In this document: piece by piece, positions 18,761 through 29,030 of the stretch
How positions within the stretch are numbered: position 1 is the stretch's first letter
Layout of the letters: every line of letters starts with the position of its first letter
From: a virus
Taxonomy: Duplodnaviria > Caudoviricetes
Length of the DNA stretch: 64,000 bases
Direction: 5' to 3' (one strand)
Virus record (IMG/VR): IMGVR_UViG_2894625894_000003
Span: 87,535-151,534 of that record
The notes under the pieces: generated by a model
What the model was told of the DNA's origin: nothing
The model's input: only the letters and a program-made list of their open reading frames with translations
The model's database searches: none
Program-made: the position numbers and the translations under genes

Positions 18761-20689
18761 CTAGATATGCACCAGCGGTAGTTCCGGATTAGCCGAGGCA
18801 ATTAGCCCGTTGATGGCTTCAGCAAAGGCCAGCCCTTTGCCCATGGGGTAGAAGAACCGATACATGATCTGGAAGGGACCGCCCCCGAAAATGTTCGGGG
18901 TTGCCAGACTAGGCTGCAGCGTCAGCTGGTACTCGTCATAGAACTGGGACGGATCGGTAACGAACTTGTTGCCGAATACTTCACGGATCCGGGGATCGAA
19001 GGCATACTCCTTGAGGAAGTAACTCAGACTATCAAGCTCGGCCTCCACAATATCGGAGCCTTTACCGATAGCCCGGTCCGCTGTCTGCAGCACCGTAAAC
19101 GGAATGTCCCGGGGCTCGTCTGGAGACGACGTGTAGTCGTGACTATGCGTCGAGATTTCGATATAAACCGGTGAGTCATCGTCAATGCTACGGCCCGTAT
19201 AGGGGAAGTTCTCCTGGGTCACCGTCTGTTTGAAGCGGGCACCCTCGAAGATCAACCCGTAATTGACTCCCGTCTCGTCACCCGGTACTGGCAGGACTGG
19301 CTCCCAGTCCATACCGTCGAAGCTGGCCGGGCGGCTAAACGTATAATCTTCCAGAGCACAACCATCGACAATCGAGTTGTCCGACAATACGGTCGTCTCG
19401 TAGACGTGGACACATTGACCGGTAGTTACCGAGGAAACCGTCAGCGTTGGGTAACGGGCCTGTAATTCGAGTAGTCGATCTGTTCCGCAAGCTGTATCCT
19501 GCAGAGTGATTCGGTATGCACGGCTGATTTTCTTACGGGTGCCGGCAGCGGCCCAGCTGTAGGTAGCACCGGCCGGTCCCCGGCAGATGTCCCGGCTGAT
19601 ACCCAGGTAAGCAATCGTAGTAGCCGACGCGCCACTGGTAAGTACCGTATCCGTGTTGGTGTCGTTATCAACATAAACCAGATACGTATCCCCCGAGGTC
19701 GAGGTACGTACTTTCTTACGGCTGATCTGACCTGTCAGGGCTGGTAATGAACCAGTAGCTGTGCCGGCAGGTACCGTAAATTCAAAGGCTTTGATGCCGT
19801 CGACAGCTGTCCAGCCCGCTGGACAAGAGGCACACTGATCCAGGATCTGGGGAGAACTGGCCGTTGTATCAGCCGGAGCCGCCCCTGTTTTAATTGTTTG
19901 GTAGGTTGTGTTGAGGCCGTCCCGCTTTACCCGCTTGATAACCAGGGCTGGATACATCCCCTGAATTGAACCCAGGGCATCTTCTGAACCGTCATCGACT
20001 ACTGTCACCTGGTAAACGTTCAGGGTCGTGATGTCTCCAGCCGAAGGTGGCGTAGTGTACTTGGTGATTTTTTTACAACTGGCGAGTCGGCTGATAGGTA
20101 CCGATCCAAACGTAGCCCGGTGATAGGCATCGTAGATGGCCTGCTGCAAACGGGCACCAGATTCCTTGCCACTTAGGTCATCGCAGGGACCAATGGTTTT
20201 AGCATCGATATACAACTCGACAACGTGCGGGATATTTTTGTTGGTCAACCGTTGAACAGGTGTACCTTTCAAATAGATATACACCTTCAGATTCTCACCC
20301 CGATTGGCCGTAATGGTTTTACTCAGATCGTTCGAACCGTCGTAGCCCAGGGCCACAATCGGCTCTTTGCTGGACGGCTTGGCTTTGATACCCCGCCAGG
20401 CGACGATCTCACTGGCCTTGAAGTCAATAGTCTGGTGAACCCAGTTGGGCAGCAAGGCCCGGTCAACCAGTGGATCGTAGGATTGATCCATACCCAGGGC
20501 AATGCGGAACTCAGCGCCTTTGGCATGTTTGGGGGTGGTGGTACCTTTGAAGGGCTGTCCCTTCCCGTTGCTTTGGAAAATACCGATTTGGTGAAGGCCC
20601 AAACTGGCTTTGTCCACCCCAGCAAACAGGGTTGGGTTGTTAGTTACCAGCGTAATCCGCTGGCCTTGGTTAAGTTTTCCCTGGTTCAT
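18761..20689 (-). CDS. Major structural protein (auxiliary capsid / crAss gene-73-like position)
   Basis: 642 aa, third gene after MCP, followed by terminator; synteny. Confidence 0.55.
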   Translation of the reverse strand: MNQGKLNQGQRITLVTNNPTLFAGVDKASLGLHQIGIFQSNGKGQPFKGTTTPKHAKGAEFRIALGMDQSYDPLVDRALLPNWVHQTIDFKASEIVAWRGIKAKPSSKEPIVALGYDGSNDLSKTITANRGENLKVYIYLKGTPVQRLTNKNIPHVVELYIDAKTIGPCDDLSGKESGARLQQAIYDAYHRATFGSVPISRLASCKKITKYTTPPSAGDITTLNVYQVTVVDDGSEDALGSIQGMYPALVIKRVKRDGLNTTYQTIKTGAAPADTTASSPQILDQCASCPAGWTAVDGIKAFEFTVPAGTATGSLPALTGQISRKKVRTSTSGDTYLVYVDNDTNTDTVLTSGASATTIAYLGISRDICRGPAGATYSWAAAGTRKKISRAYRITLQDTACGTDRLLELQARYPTLTVSSVTTGQCVHVYETTVLSDNSIVDGCALEDYTFSRPASFDGMDWEPVLPVPGDETGVNYGLIFEGARFKQTVTQENFPYTGRSIDDDSPVYIEISTHSHDYTSSPDEPRDIPFTVLQTADRAIGKGSDIVEAELDSLSYFLKEYAFDPRIREVFGNKFVTDPSQFYDEYQLTLQPSLATPNIFGGGPFQIMYRFFYPMGKGLAFAEAINGLIASANPELPLVHI

Positions 20690-20744
20690 ATAAGGAATCG
20701 GTCAGCTGGACCGTACAGGTTATGGGAAAAGGGAGGGGGGTTGG

Positions 20745-21443
20745 TTAGAAGGTTTCGCGTTCCTCGGTAGCGATTCGGTCAGCGGCCAGCTGGAAGCCAC
20801 CACTCGATTGCCAGATGCGGAACGCTTCTTTGGCCAGCCGGTCGAGAATCTGATCGCAAGCTACATCCTCCAGCTCTGGATTGATGGTAGATGCGGCAGA
20901 ACCTGAATCGGTGATATAGCCGTTTAGATCGATATTGACCGGGTAGCGGTAATACGTGAGCTTAACCTGGTCGATCATAAAGTCGGGGGCCAGGTACAGA
21001 TGCAGCCCATCGGCCTGCAGCGTATAGAGCGTTTCCCGCCAGTCCCAGCTGGGATTGTTTAACGGATCCCGAAGCAGCTCAGAGAGGTTAGCCATATCCG
21101 TCGGCCGGGCATCGAGTGACACTAACAGCTGGGGCTGCTCCCGGTAGAACGCCCGGGGCCGCACCTGTTTGAGTCTAGCCCAATGGAGTGGGCTGGTGTC
21201 TGCCACCACTTCCAGCTCCTGGGCCATTGTTTTTACCGGCAGGATCGTACTCACCAGCAGCCGGGAAAGATCATCCCGCTCATCGGAATCATCTTTTTTA
21301 GCCAACGACTGGTGGATCCACCGCCGTTGTTCCCGGTTCCAGAGGCTAACGAAGGCCGCTACCGGGAAGTCGAGGTTGACGCCCCGGTTGAGCTCGTTGA
21401 GCAGCAGCCGGGCGTCATAGTAGAGGTCTTCGGCTGTTTTCAT
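20745..21443 (-). CDS. Ring/connector protein (crAss gene-74-like)
   Basis: DDLSRLL, LTYYRYP, S..INPEL motifs; synteny. Confidence 0.65.
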   Translation of the reverse strand: MKTAEDLYYDARLLLNELNRGVNLDFPVAAFVSLWNREQRRWIHQSLAKKDDSDERDDLSRLLVSTILPVKTMAQELEVVADTSPLHWARLKQVRPRAFYREQPQLLVSLDARPTDMANLSELLRDPLNNPSWDWRETLYTLQADGLHLYLAPDFMIDQVKLTYYRYPVNIDLNGYITDSGSAASTINPELEDVACDQILDRLAKEAFRIWQSSGGFQLAADRIATEERETF

Positions 21444-22328
21444 CTACCAGTGTGGCAAGAATTCCTCCAGGATCTGAGCCAGCAGTTCCTGCTGACGGGT
21501 CAGACTCAGCTCACTAATTACATCGAGCTTGGTGCCTCCCAGTGGGGTCCCTTTATAGGTCCACTGACCAGCTTCCTTGCCAAACTTGTGACGACGCATG
21601 GCCGTGTCCACTACGTACTGAATCTGCAACGTGGTATTGTCTTTTTCGATCTCGTCCTTCAGATGGCTCCACTCTTCGATGGATTTGAGCTTGGAACGGT
21701 AGTTAATCAGCTGCATGTACAGCGACTCCCGGTCCATGTGCTGGTTAACTGGCAGCGCCAGCCCCGAACAGATGTAGAAGAGTTTCTCACGGCTGTTTTT
21801 GATCAGACTGATCTTACCGGCTACCTCATCCATCAGCTCCTGAATCTCTACCTTACGTGAGGTATGCTGTACGGAATTGTGGACATACAGGAACGTATTA
21901 AGGTATTCCGGCTCGGAGAGCTGTTCGTAGCTATCGGCCACAAAACGTCCCGCCAGGGCTACCGTATACTTCAGTTTATCCAGGGGCAAATCCAGATCCC
22001 AGGTCAGGTCGTGGCCACCCACTTCAACCAGATCAATCTCGAACTCCAGCCAGTAATCCGAATGAGGTCCCAGGTCAACACCGAGTTTGGCTTCGAGGTC
22101 CTTCTTAAGATCCTGAATCTCCTTGATTTTTTTGGCCCGGGTTTTGGGATCGGCAATCGATTGTACCGATGGAGCATTTTCATTGAGACCCGTAACGAAG
22201 GTACGTTGGTCGCGTTCCTTGCGGGCAAAAACAGACTGACGGGCGGAAGGGTGGACAGCCAGGTCCAAGCGGTCGAGGCCAAAGTACTTGGCGGCTTCAG
22301 TGGGCCGCTGACGGATGGTAACTTTCAT
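21444..22328 (-). CDS. Conserved capsid-module protein (crAss gene-75-like)
   Basis: FVTGL, DLGPHSDYW, DLDLPLD motifs; immediately after MCP. Confidence 0.65.
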   Translation of the reverse strand: MKVTIRQRPTEAAKYFGLDRLDLAVHPSARQSVFARKERDQRTFVTGLNENAPSVQSIADPKTRAKKIKEIQDLKKDLEAKLGVDLGPHSDYWLEFEIDLVEVGGHDLTWDLDLPLDKLKYTVALAGRFVADSYEQLSEPEYLNTFLYVHNSVQHTSRKVEIQELMDEVAGKISLIKNSREKLFYICSGLALPVNQHMDRESLYMQLINYRSKLKSIEEWSHLKDEIEKDNTTLQIQYVVDTAMRRHKFGKEAGQWTYKGTPLGGTKLDVISELSLTRQQELLAQILEEFLPHW

Positions 22329-22344
22329 GGAAAAGTGAAAACAG

Positions 22345-22384
22345 TGAAGGAAACAACCCGGACCGGAAGGTCCAGCCCGGGTTG
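22345..22384 (-). terminator. Terminator/attenuator after major capsid gene
   Basis: CAACCCGG...CCGGGTTG stem followed by UUUCCUU on minus strand. Confidence 0.55.
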
Positions 22385-22406
22385 CGGAGACGAAAGGAAG
22401 AGGGGG

Positions 22407-24104
22407 TTAATCGTAGTCGAGTGGGTCTTCGCGTTCGATCAGGATTACGCGACTTGGGTCTTTAAGCCATACTTCACCCGCCCAGAACAATTTGATTTTG
22501 AAGCCAAAGAAGTCACCCGAGCTGATGTGGGCGTTCTTACCGGCACCGGCATACTGCATGAGGAAATCCGGGCAGTAGTCACCGATCTGGAAGACCGTAT
22601 GGGTGTCTGCGTAGTTCTTCGGCTTGAGCATAACGATGTTCTTGCCGTTGTTGAAACTATCTACCTGACCCTGTGGAATGGCATTGGAGAAGGTAGGATC
22701 GGTTAGATCCTTCACTAAAATAGAGTACGAGCTGTTCGGATAACGGCCGTAGAAGGTCGTCTCCGATTTGGTGCCCTCAAAGTCAAGCGCTGGGTTGTGC
22801 TCGATCATTACCTCACCGGCTTCGGGGAAGTTATAGGACACGAATCGGAACCCACCGTAACGCAGGTTCATCGAATCACCCGACAACAGACCCTTCAGGG
22901 CTGGGTGGTCAGCTAGTACTGTGAATGGGTTGTCCTTACGGTACTCCTGGGCAAAGGCTTTCTGAATTTCGATGAGAGCCCCCATGCCCATCTCGAATTT
23001 CACCCGGCGCATGTGCATCGGCAGATCCGAACGCCCGTAGAACATGGTACCCACCACGTCTTTCAGGATGTTGAGCAGCTGGCGGGTATCCGAATACTGT
23101 CGGTACATCCCCGTTTTCAGCTGTGGATAGAGACCCATACCCACGCGGGCCATCGTACCCCGGCCGTCGTAGATCACCCCACCGGTATTCCACATGCAGT
23201 GCATTTCCTGCATACGGGCCTGTTCGCGGTAGAGCATCTCGATGATGGTTGGCATCCAGCGGCCAGACCCTTTAACCTGCTTGGAGCGGTCGTAGCGGTC
23301 CTTGTTGTTTGGATCGTAGGGATCCCCCATCGTCTCAAACATGTAGACAATAGAAGCCAGGTGTGGGTTGCAGTACTGGTTCAACAGGCTCTTGTCCATT
23401 CCTTCCGGAATTTTCTTGAGCTCGATCATATCGGCATTACCCGTCATTACGTGCTCCAGGCCCTGCAGGGTCTCCCCCGTCTGGAACATGAGCGTCTCGT
23501 AACCGTCCGAGTCATTGCTGATGGCCGAATTCTCGGTTGACCATTCGGTTTTGATATGGCCGATTTTAAACCATTCCACGTCCGGCTGCAGGAACTTGCG
23601 AGGTACGTACGCCTTGGGATCGGTGGACTTCACCCGCAGACAGTACTTCCAGCCCGAACTATACGGCTCCACTTCCTCGTCGAAGACCACGTAACACTGG
23701 ACACCGATTCGGCGGTTGTAGGTCAGAATGTCCCCTTTCTGGTAGCGGTTGGTGTCGAGTACCGTATAAAACTTCTCCCGGCCAATACCAACGCGGTCCT
23801 GGTCGCCGGCAATGTCTTCCAGTACTTTGGGCAGGCTGGTTTTGTAGGGAACCGTGTAGGTCAGCTGCTCCCCCATCGTGTTGGTATACTGAACGTTACC
23901 GCTCAGCTCCGTCATCGAGATGATAGGGGTATTGACAATCTGGTAGTGATTCCAGAGTTTAAGCAGACCCAAATACTGCTGTTGAGAACCAAGCATCTGG
24001 GTAACCGTATTGGCTTCCGTGTGTTTAGTGCCCAAATTCAGCTGGGTTCGGCCCATGGCTACGCCATGCTGCAGGCCGTTCACTGGTGATCCAGGTTGAA
24101 TCAT
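22407..24104 (-). CDS. Major capsid protein (crAss-like, HK97 fold)
   Basis: 565 aa; GMGLYPQL, GFRFVSY..P..G.V.IEHNPALD, C-terminal G.VWLKDPSR; position after scaffold. Confidence 0.85.
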   Translation of the reverse strand: MIQPGSPVNGLQHGVAMGRTQLNLGTKHTEANTVTQMLGSQQQYLGLLKLWNHYQIVNTPIISMTELSGNVQYTNTMGEQLTYTVPYKTSLPKVLEDIAGDQDRVGIGREKFYTVLDTNRYQKGDILTYNRRIGVQCYVVFDEEVEPYSSGWKYCLRVKSTDPKAYVPRKFLQPDVEWFKIGHIKTEWSTENSAISNDSDGYETLMFQTGETLQGLEHVMTGNADMIELKKIPEGMDKSLLNQYCNPHLASIVYMFETMGDPYDPNNKDRYDRSKQVKGSGRWMPTIIEMLYREQARMQEMHCMWNTGGVIYDGRGTMARVGMGLYPQLKTGMYRQYSDTRQLLNILKDVVGTMFYGRSDLPMHMRRVKFEMGMGALIEIQKAFAQEYRKDNPFTVLADHPALKGLLSGDSMNLRYGGFRFVSYNFPEAGEVMIEHNPALDFEGTKSETTFYGRYPNSSYSILVKDLTDPTFSNAIPQGQVDSFNNGKNIVMLKPKNYADTHTVFQIGDYCPDFLMQYAGAGKNAHISSGDFFGFKIKLFWAGEVWLKDPSRVILIEREDPLDYD

Positions 24105-24109
24105 TAGGA

Positions 24110-25441
24110 TTATTGGATAAGGGATTTGTAGGCAGTATTGATCGACTGCTGGTAGGTACTAGCCCCTCCAGCGGACCGGCCAGGGCCGGGTTGATCAATG
24201 GCTTGGGAAGCGGTTCGACTGGGGGTAAACTGAAGCCCCTGGAAGGTTTTGTCGACCGTCTGGTTGATTACGGGTTGCGTGAGGTTCTTGATAAAGTTGT
24301 CCTCGTCGAGGACGAATTCGGCAAACCGTAGGTACTTTTCCGGATCTTTTTTAAGTTGATAAATCCGGTAGTCAAGTTCGGTCAGGATCTGGCCGTTAGG
24401 GGCTTTGTAGCGGTCATCGTAGATGTCCTTGAGCCGCTGGTTCATGGTGTCGGCCGACACATTTTTATTTTGCAGGATTTTCTGAGCAGCCGACCGTTCA
24501 CCGGCTTTGCGATTCAGCTCGGCCTGCTGAGCGGCTTTCTGACGATCCACCAGGGCTTTTTGGTCGGCCTGGATTTTGGCCCCCCACTGGCCTTCGACAA
24601 ACGTAGCCTCCTCGTCGAGTTCGGTCTTGGATAGCTCCAGGCCCTTAATGTGCCGATCAATTCGGGCTGCCGGCCACTGCTGGGCTTCGGCATAGTACTT
24701 TCGGATGGCAGCGATCTTACCACTGTCCGATTTGAAATCAAGCTGAGCCACCGCTTCTTCGGCCTGTAGCAGATGGGCCATCTGGGCGGGGTCTCCCCCA
24801 TTCTGGATGTAGTCCAGCACCCGTCCTACCCGTTCATTGCCGTTAACGGTTTTATCCCACTTGGACTGGTGGCGGTGTTGCTCCTGGAGCTGGGCCAGCT
24901 CGTGATACCCGGCCTCATCCAGATCCAGTTCATCGAAACCCTGTACAGGTTGCCAGACGCCGGCATCGATCAGCTTTTTGGCTGAGGCCTTGAACACCTG
25001 GCGGGTATAAGCATCGATTTCGGCCTGCTGATCGGCTGATAGGTTATTCCCGGCAGCTGGTGGGGCAGCAGGGGGTTCAACGACAGGGGGCGTGACAGGT
25101 GCCGGTGGGGTGGCTGGTGGCGTGTTTGGGTCAGCAGCGGGAGGTGTAGCAGCAGGTGTTGCCGGGGCCGGTGTTGGTAGTGGAACGGGAGCAAACAGAT
25201 CCTCATCATCGAGGGCTGCATTGGCCGCTGAAACAGGTTGAGGGTTTAGGTTAAAGAGTTTGTTCAGATCAGGGGCTGCCCCACCGGACCCCGTAATGGG
25301 ATCCGGCGTGGCCGCTGGTGTGGAAAGAGGCTCGGCAGGGACCGGCGGAGCAGCCGGCGGAGCTGGTGTGGGTGTAGGAGTAGGTTCAAACAGTTCGTCA
25401 ATGAACTGGTCCTGGCGGGCCACTGTGAAGGGGAAGTCCAT
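24110..25441 (-). CDS. Putative scaffolding protein (Pro/Ala-rich N-terminus, coiled coil)
   Basis: Between portal and MCP; start reassigned to ATG 25441 just downstream of a TAnnTTTG box. Confidence 0.6.
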   Translation of the reverse strand: MDFPFTVARQDQFIDELFEPTPTPTPAPPAAPPVPAEPLSTPAATPDPITGSGGAAPDLNKLFNLNPQPVSAANAALDDEDLFAPVPLPTPAPATPAATPPAADPNTPPATPPAPVTPPVVEPPAAPPAAGNNLSADQQAEIDAYTRQVFKASAKKLIDAGVWQPVQGFDELDLDEAGYHELAQLQEQHRHQSKWDKTVNGNERVGRVLDYIQNGGDPAQMAHLLQAEEAVAQLDFKSDSGKIAAIRKYYAEAQQWPAARIDRHIKGLELSKTELDEEATFVEGQWGAKIQADQKALVDRQKAAQQAELNRKAGERSAAQKILQNKNVSADTMNQRLKDIYDDRYKAPNGQILTELDYRIYQLKKDPEKYLRFAEFVLDEDNFIKNLTQPVINQTVDKTFQGLQFTPSRTASQAIDQPGPGRSAGGASTYQQSINTAYKSLIQ

Positions 25442-25451
25442 AGGATTGGGG

Positions 25452-25459
25452 CAAAAATA
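25452..25459 (-). promoter_or_regulatory. Bacteroidota sigma-70 -7 box (TATTTTTG)
   Basis: Matches TAnnTTTG, 10 nt upstream of scaffold ATG. Confidence 0.55.
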
Positions 25460-25534
25460 TGGGGGTGAAAGGCCATTTGGGGAGTTGATCACCAAAAGCC
25501 GAATTGGTGGTATAGCCGAACCGACTAAAAATCC

Positions 25535-28300
25535 TTATTTGGATTTATCGCCCATAACACGGGCATTCTGATTTTTCTGGGCTTGAAGGCGGGCTTGCTG
25601 GGCGAGAGTCTCCCGTTTTAGGGTCCGGTCTTTCTCCCGATTCTGGTTATCCAGCAATAGCTTTAAGCGATTGTCGTCCTGTTTGCGGGACTCCAGGTCG
25701 AGTTTGGCCTGGTCGGTCTGGGACTTCTGGTTGAACTTGTCGTACTCCAGTGCATCGGGTGTCCCTGAGTTGTCGGTATCGCCCATGGTGGCATTGTTGC
25801 GCCCCCCGAACGTACGGATGTAGGCCTGCCGTTCTTCGGAAGCCCGGTCGAGCTGGTTTTCGTTGGACTCCCAGGTCTGCTGGTCTTTCTGGAGCTGAGC
25901 TTTCTGATCGATTTCGGCCTGCTTCTGCTCGAAGGCAGCCTGCTGGTTTTGTCGGTCTTCGTCTTCCCCCTGACGGAGTAGTTCCAGGATTCGTTCGACG
26001 GAGTTGGTCGATACCATCTCCACCCGGTCCGAAATCCGGGTTAGCATGGTATTATTTTCGATACCCAGCTGGCGGATCGTCTCCAGAATACGGCGTTCCT
26101 CCTGGGCATCGGTAACGTACACCGATAGCTGGGCCAGCAACAGATCCATCCGGTTGAGCCGCAAAAAGGCATTGGAAAAGTCACTGTTGGTAGCAGCGGC
26201 AACGATGTCTTCATTACGACATTCGACGTACTGGGCAAAGTCGAGGTCTTTCTTGAGCACCCGTTGTTTGTACTGGTAGAATCGGGTGAAGATGCTGGAT
26301 GTCTGAACGTAGGAATTCTGGGTAGCCGTCTGAACGCCGGTAGCGGTCTCGTGAGCTTTGATGTCGGCCATCCGCTGGGGAGCCATACCCAGCTGTTCGA
26401 GCCCCATCTGTTTCATGTTCCGGGCCAGCTCGTAGCGGGCCAACATGCGACTGGTGGCTTCCAGGTTGATAACAGCCGGCAGCTGGCCTCCCCCGTTGGC
26501 TCCCTGGAGCTGGTGAGGCCGGGTATCGACGGGAGCCACCCGGATGGACCGGATGGATTCCATCCATTTTTCCCAGCCATCTTCCCCACCCCAGTCCTTG
26601 ATGTTAGGAATGGCATTGACATCCAGCATCATAAAGGGCAGCACCTCTTCCTCGGCAATTAGCACGGCCTGGTTCATAAACAGGTTGTGACTAATCTGGA
26701 AGGGCTTGATGCGGTCGACTACCGACTGGGACTTGGCATTGCGGTTATTAAAGACCTCACCGACTACTGGCAGTTCACATTCGTAGAGAAAGCCGTCTGG
26801 TTTACCCTGAAACTCCAGGGGTTTGATATTCAGATACAGGGGTTTCTGGGTTGTAGCGGTTCCGAGTGGAGTGATCTTGATACCACCCCAGACCTCATTG
26901 ATCCAGGTGTACTCGATGGTCGGACGACCGTCCCAGTCACTAGCCGGTTCTTCCCCGTAGAGGTTACCCGATACTTCCCGAATATCGGCAGGCAGCACCA
27001 CCGATTCATCGACAATGACCTTTTCAAAGAGGCTCGTCTGGGGATTGATCCAGCTGAGCTTACCCAGCTTTTTCTGGGATTTCCAGTAACCTTCCGTTAC
27101 CTGGTAGAGGTTATTGATGTAGGCGCCGTAGTTGGAGATCTGATCGCTAACCTGGAAAAGCTCATCGTACCAACCAGGTCCGGTCGTCTGACTGACCTGG
27201 GGAAACATAGTCATCATCCAGGGATTGTTGGTCGGGATCCGGCTGGCATAGGGCAACCCGTCGGGCGACAGGTAGCTAATGTTATTACCGAACCAGTCTT
27301 TCGGTTTCCACCCACCCTGATACTGAGCCGGAAGCTGGCCGTGGAGCTCTTCCAGCTGCTTGCCACTCATCAGGTGGCCGTAGCGGTCGATGATGTCGGA
27401 CAGTGAGAGGATAAAGGTGCGACCAACATAGTTGCCCTTTTCAATTTCCCGGACTTCGGGAGACTTATGAAAAAACGTGTGGACTGGGTTCCAGGTCTCC
27501 TGGGTGTAGCCCGTGCCGGTCAGATAGAAATGCCGGAAGCAACGGTCGGCAGCCATTTTATCCCGGAATTCGGTCTGGAATTTTTCGTCCGTACGGTAGC
27601 GTTTCCGGTTGGCCTTCATGCGGGTGTTGGCCCACTTGGCGGCTACATGCTGCCATTTGGTATCCATGTACCGCTGAATCTCGGGAGGTGTCATGGCCTG
27701 ACGAGCCTCCTGAAGCTGCTGGTCATAGGCCTGGGCTTCCTCGGCTGAGCTGAAGTCAGACCGGTTGGGATCGAGTCCCATCTGGGCCAGCTGCCGGTCG
27801 ATGTTTCGATTGACCTGCTCATGGACATAATCCTTCAGCATACGGGCCTTCTCGGCTTCTCGCTGGGAGTTGATCCAGTCTCCTTCGGCTATGGCCCGAA
27901 ATGTGTCGGGGTGGCTTTCCAACTCACCGCTCAGGGTGTTGATGATCTGGCCGGTAAAATCGAAATGTTGCAGCCGGCTGGGAAGCTCGAATTTTTTCTG
28001 AACGGCTGCCAGCAGGGATACGTATTCGTTCTGGTCAACGTCTTCGTAATGGTAGCGGATAAATTCACCGTTCCCAATCCGGTAGTTTTCCCGTAGCTGC
28101 AGGTTGTCCCAGTACTGAGCCCGTCCGACGGCTTCCAGTGCATCCAGGTTGTGGTGCTTCCAGTCCTCATTTTTCTCCGAAGCCGGTAGCATTTGTGGCG
28201 GAAAATTCCCCACCAAAGTGGGAATGCCAGACGGAATAAATGGGTGTTGAAGCAAGGTTTTAGGCGGGATAGAAAAATGATCAGGCAAGTTTACCGCCAT
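25535..28300 (-). CDS. Portal protein (crAss-like)
   Basis: 921 aa; PPQMLPASEKNEDW, W.NEVWGGIKI, S.VD.IKPFQ..N, LGMAPQR, ETATGVQ motifs. Confidence 0.9.
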   Translation of the reverse strand: MAVNLPDHFSIPPKTLLQHPFIPSGIPTLVGNFPPQMLPASEKNEDWKHHNLDALEAVGRAQYWDNLQLRENYRIGNGEFIRYHYEDVDQNEYVSLLAAVQKKFELPSRLQHFDFTGQIINTLSGELESHPDTFRAIAEGDWINSQREAEKARMLKDYVHEQVNRNIDRQLAQMGLDPNRSDFSSAEEAQAYDQQLQEARQAMTPPEIQRYMDTKWQHVAAKWANTRMKANRKRYRTDEKFQTEFRDKMAADRCFRHFYLTGTGYTQETWNPVHTFFHKSPEVREIEKGNYVGRTFILSLSDIIDRYGHLMSGKQLEELHGQLPAQYQGGWKPKDWFGNNISYLSPDGLPYASRIPTNNPWMMTMFPQVSQTTGPGWYDELFQVSDQISNYGAYINNLYQVTEGYWKSQKKLGKLSWINPQTSLFEKVIVDESVVLPADIREVSGNLYGEEPASDWDGRPTIEYTWINEVWGGIKITPLGTATTQKPLYLNIKPLEFQGKPDGFLYECELPVVGEVFNNRNAKSQSVVDRIKPFQISHNLFMNQAVLIAEEEVLPFMMLDVNAIPNIKDWGGEDGWEKWMESIRSIRVAPVDTRPHQLQGANGGGQLPAVINLEATSRMLARYELARNMKQMGLEQLGMAPQRMADIKAHETATGVQTATQNSYVQTSSIFTRFYQYKQRVLKKDLDFAQYVECRNEDIVAAATNSDFSNAFLRLNRMDLLLAQLSVYVTDAQEERRILETIRQLGIENNTMLTRISDRVEMVSTNSVERILELLRQGEDEDRQNQQAAFEQKQAEIDQKAQLQKDQQTWESNENQLDRASEERQAYIRTFGGRNNATMGDTDNSGTPDALEYDKFNQKSQTDQAKLDLESRKQDDNRLKLLLDNQNREKDRTLKRETLAQQARLQAQKNQNARVMGDKSK

Positions 28301-28311
28301 TGACCCGGCTT

Positions 28312-28363
28312 AAAAACAAAGTACCCGTTGGACGGTAGTAGATCTACCATCTAACGGGTACTT
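28312..28363 (-). terminator. Long hairpin terminator/attenuator upstream of portal
   Basis: ~20-bp stem AAGTACCCGTTGGACGGTAG/CTACCATCTAACGGGTACTT followed by U-tract on minus strand. Confidence 0.65.
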
Positions 28364-28387
28364 GACTGTTTTCAGAAATTTATCCGG

Positions 28388-28699
28388 TTATTCCAGAATT
28401 TGCCAGTCCTCAGCCAGCATGTCGGTTTGAGAAGCCAGCCAACCGATGACGGTGGCACCCGTGGCCGAGTACATATTTAGGTGAGGTAAGCGCGTGGCAC
28501 TGCCGTCGGCCCCTCGGTTGTAGAGGCTTGTAGATACCCCTTCAATTTTGTCTTCGAGTTGGTGGAGGAATTCGCCATTCTGGGCATCCCAGACGGAGGA
28601 TCCTTTTTCCAGGAAAACAAACATACGTTTCCCATTCCAACCCGCCCGGGCAATGCGGGCACCTTGTTTTGCGGCCTCCAGGGCCTTTCCAAAATTCAT
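28388..28699 (-). CDS. DUF2829 / Thoeris anti-defence Tad2-like protein
   Basis: MNFGKALEA.K.G...ARAGWNGK.MFV.L ... WLASQTDMLAEDW signature. Confidence 0.85.
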   Translation of the reverse strand: MNFGKALEAAKQGARIARAGWNGKRMFVFLEKGSSVWDAQNGEFLHQLEDKIEGVSTSLYNRGADGSATRLPHLNMYSATGATVIGWLASQTDMLAEDWQILE

Positions 28700-29030
28700 A
28701 GGATCTCCTCTAGGATTGAATCGATTTGAGCGTCGAGTTTATAGGCGACGGTCGTGCCGGGCGTAATGGCCCGTTTGGCCAGGATTAATAAACGGAGCTT
28801 GAGATAAGCCTTGTACTTTTTCAGAAAAGTAGTAACCATGACAGGGTTTCGATGTAAAAGGTCAACAAGTGGATGTAGGCTTGGAGCGCCACCGGGTGGC
28901 GGTATATCCAGCTACGAAGCCGGCTGATCATACGATAGGGGCTGGAATGAGTTTCTTCAACTGGCCCCACCCCCATTTACAGAACCTGTAGAGTAAGGGG
29001 GAAAGCCGTTGGCGGTGACACATGGGCATG

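Noticed and set aside
24970-25390. Pro/Ala-rich tandem-like repeats
   Set aside because: Low-complexity coding sequence of the scaffold N-terminus, not a discrete DNA repeat
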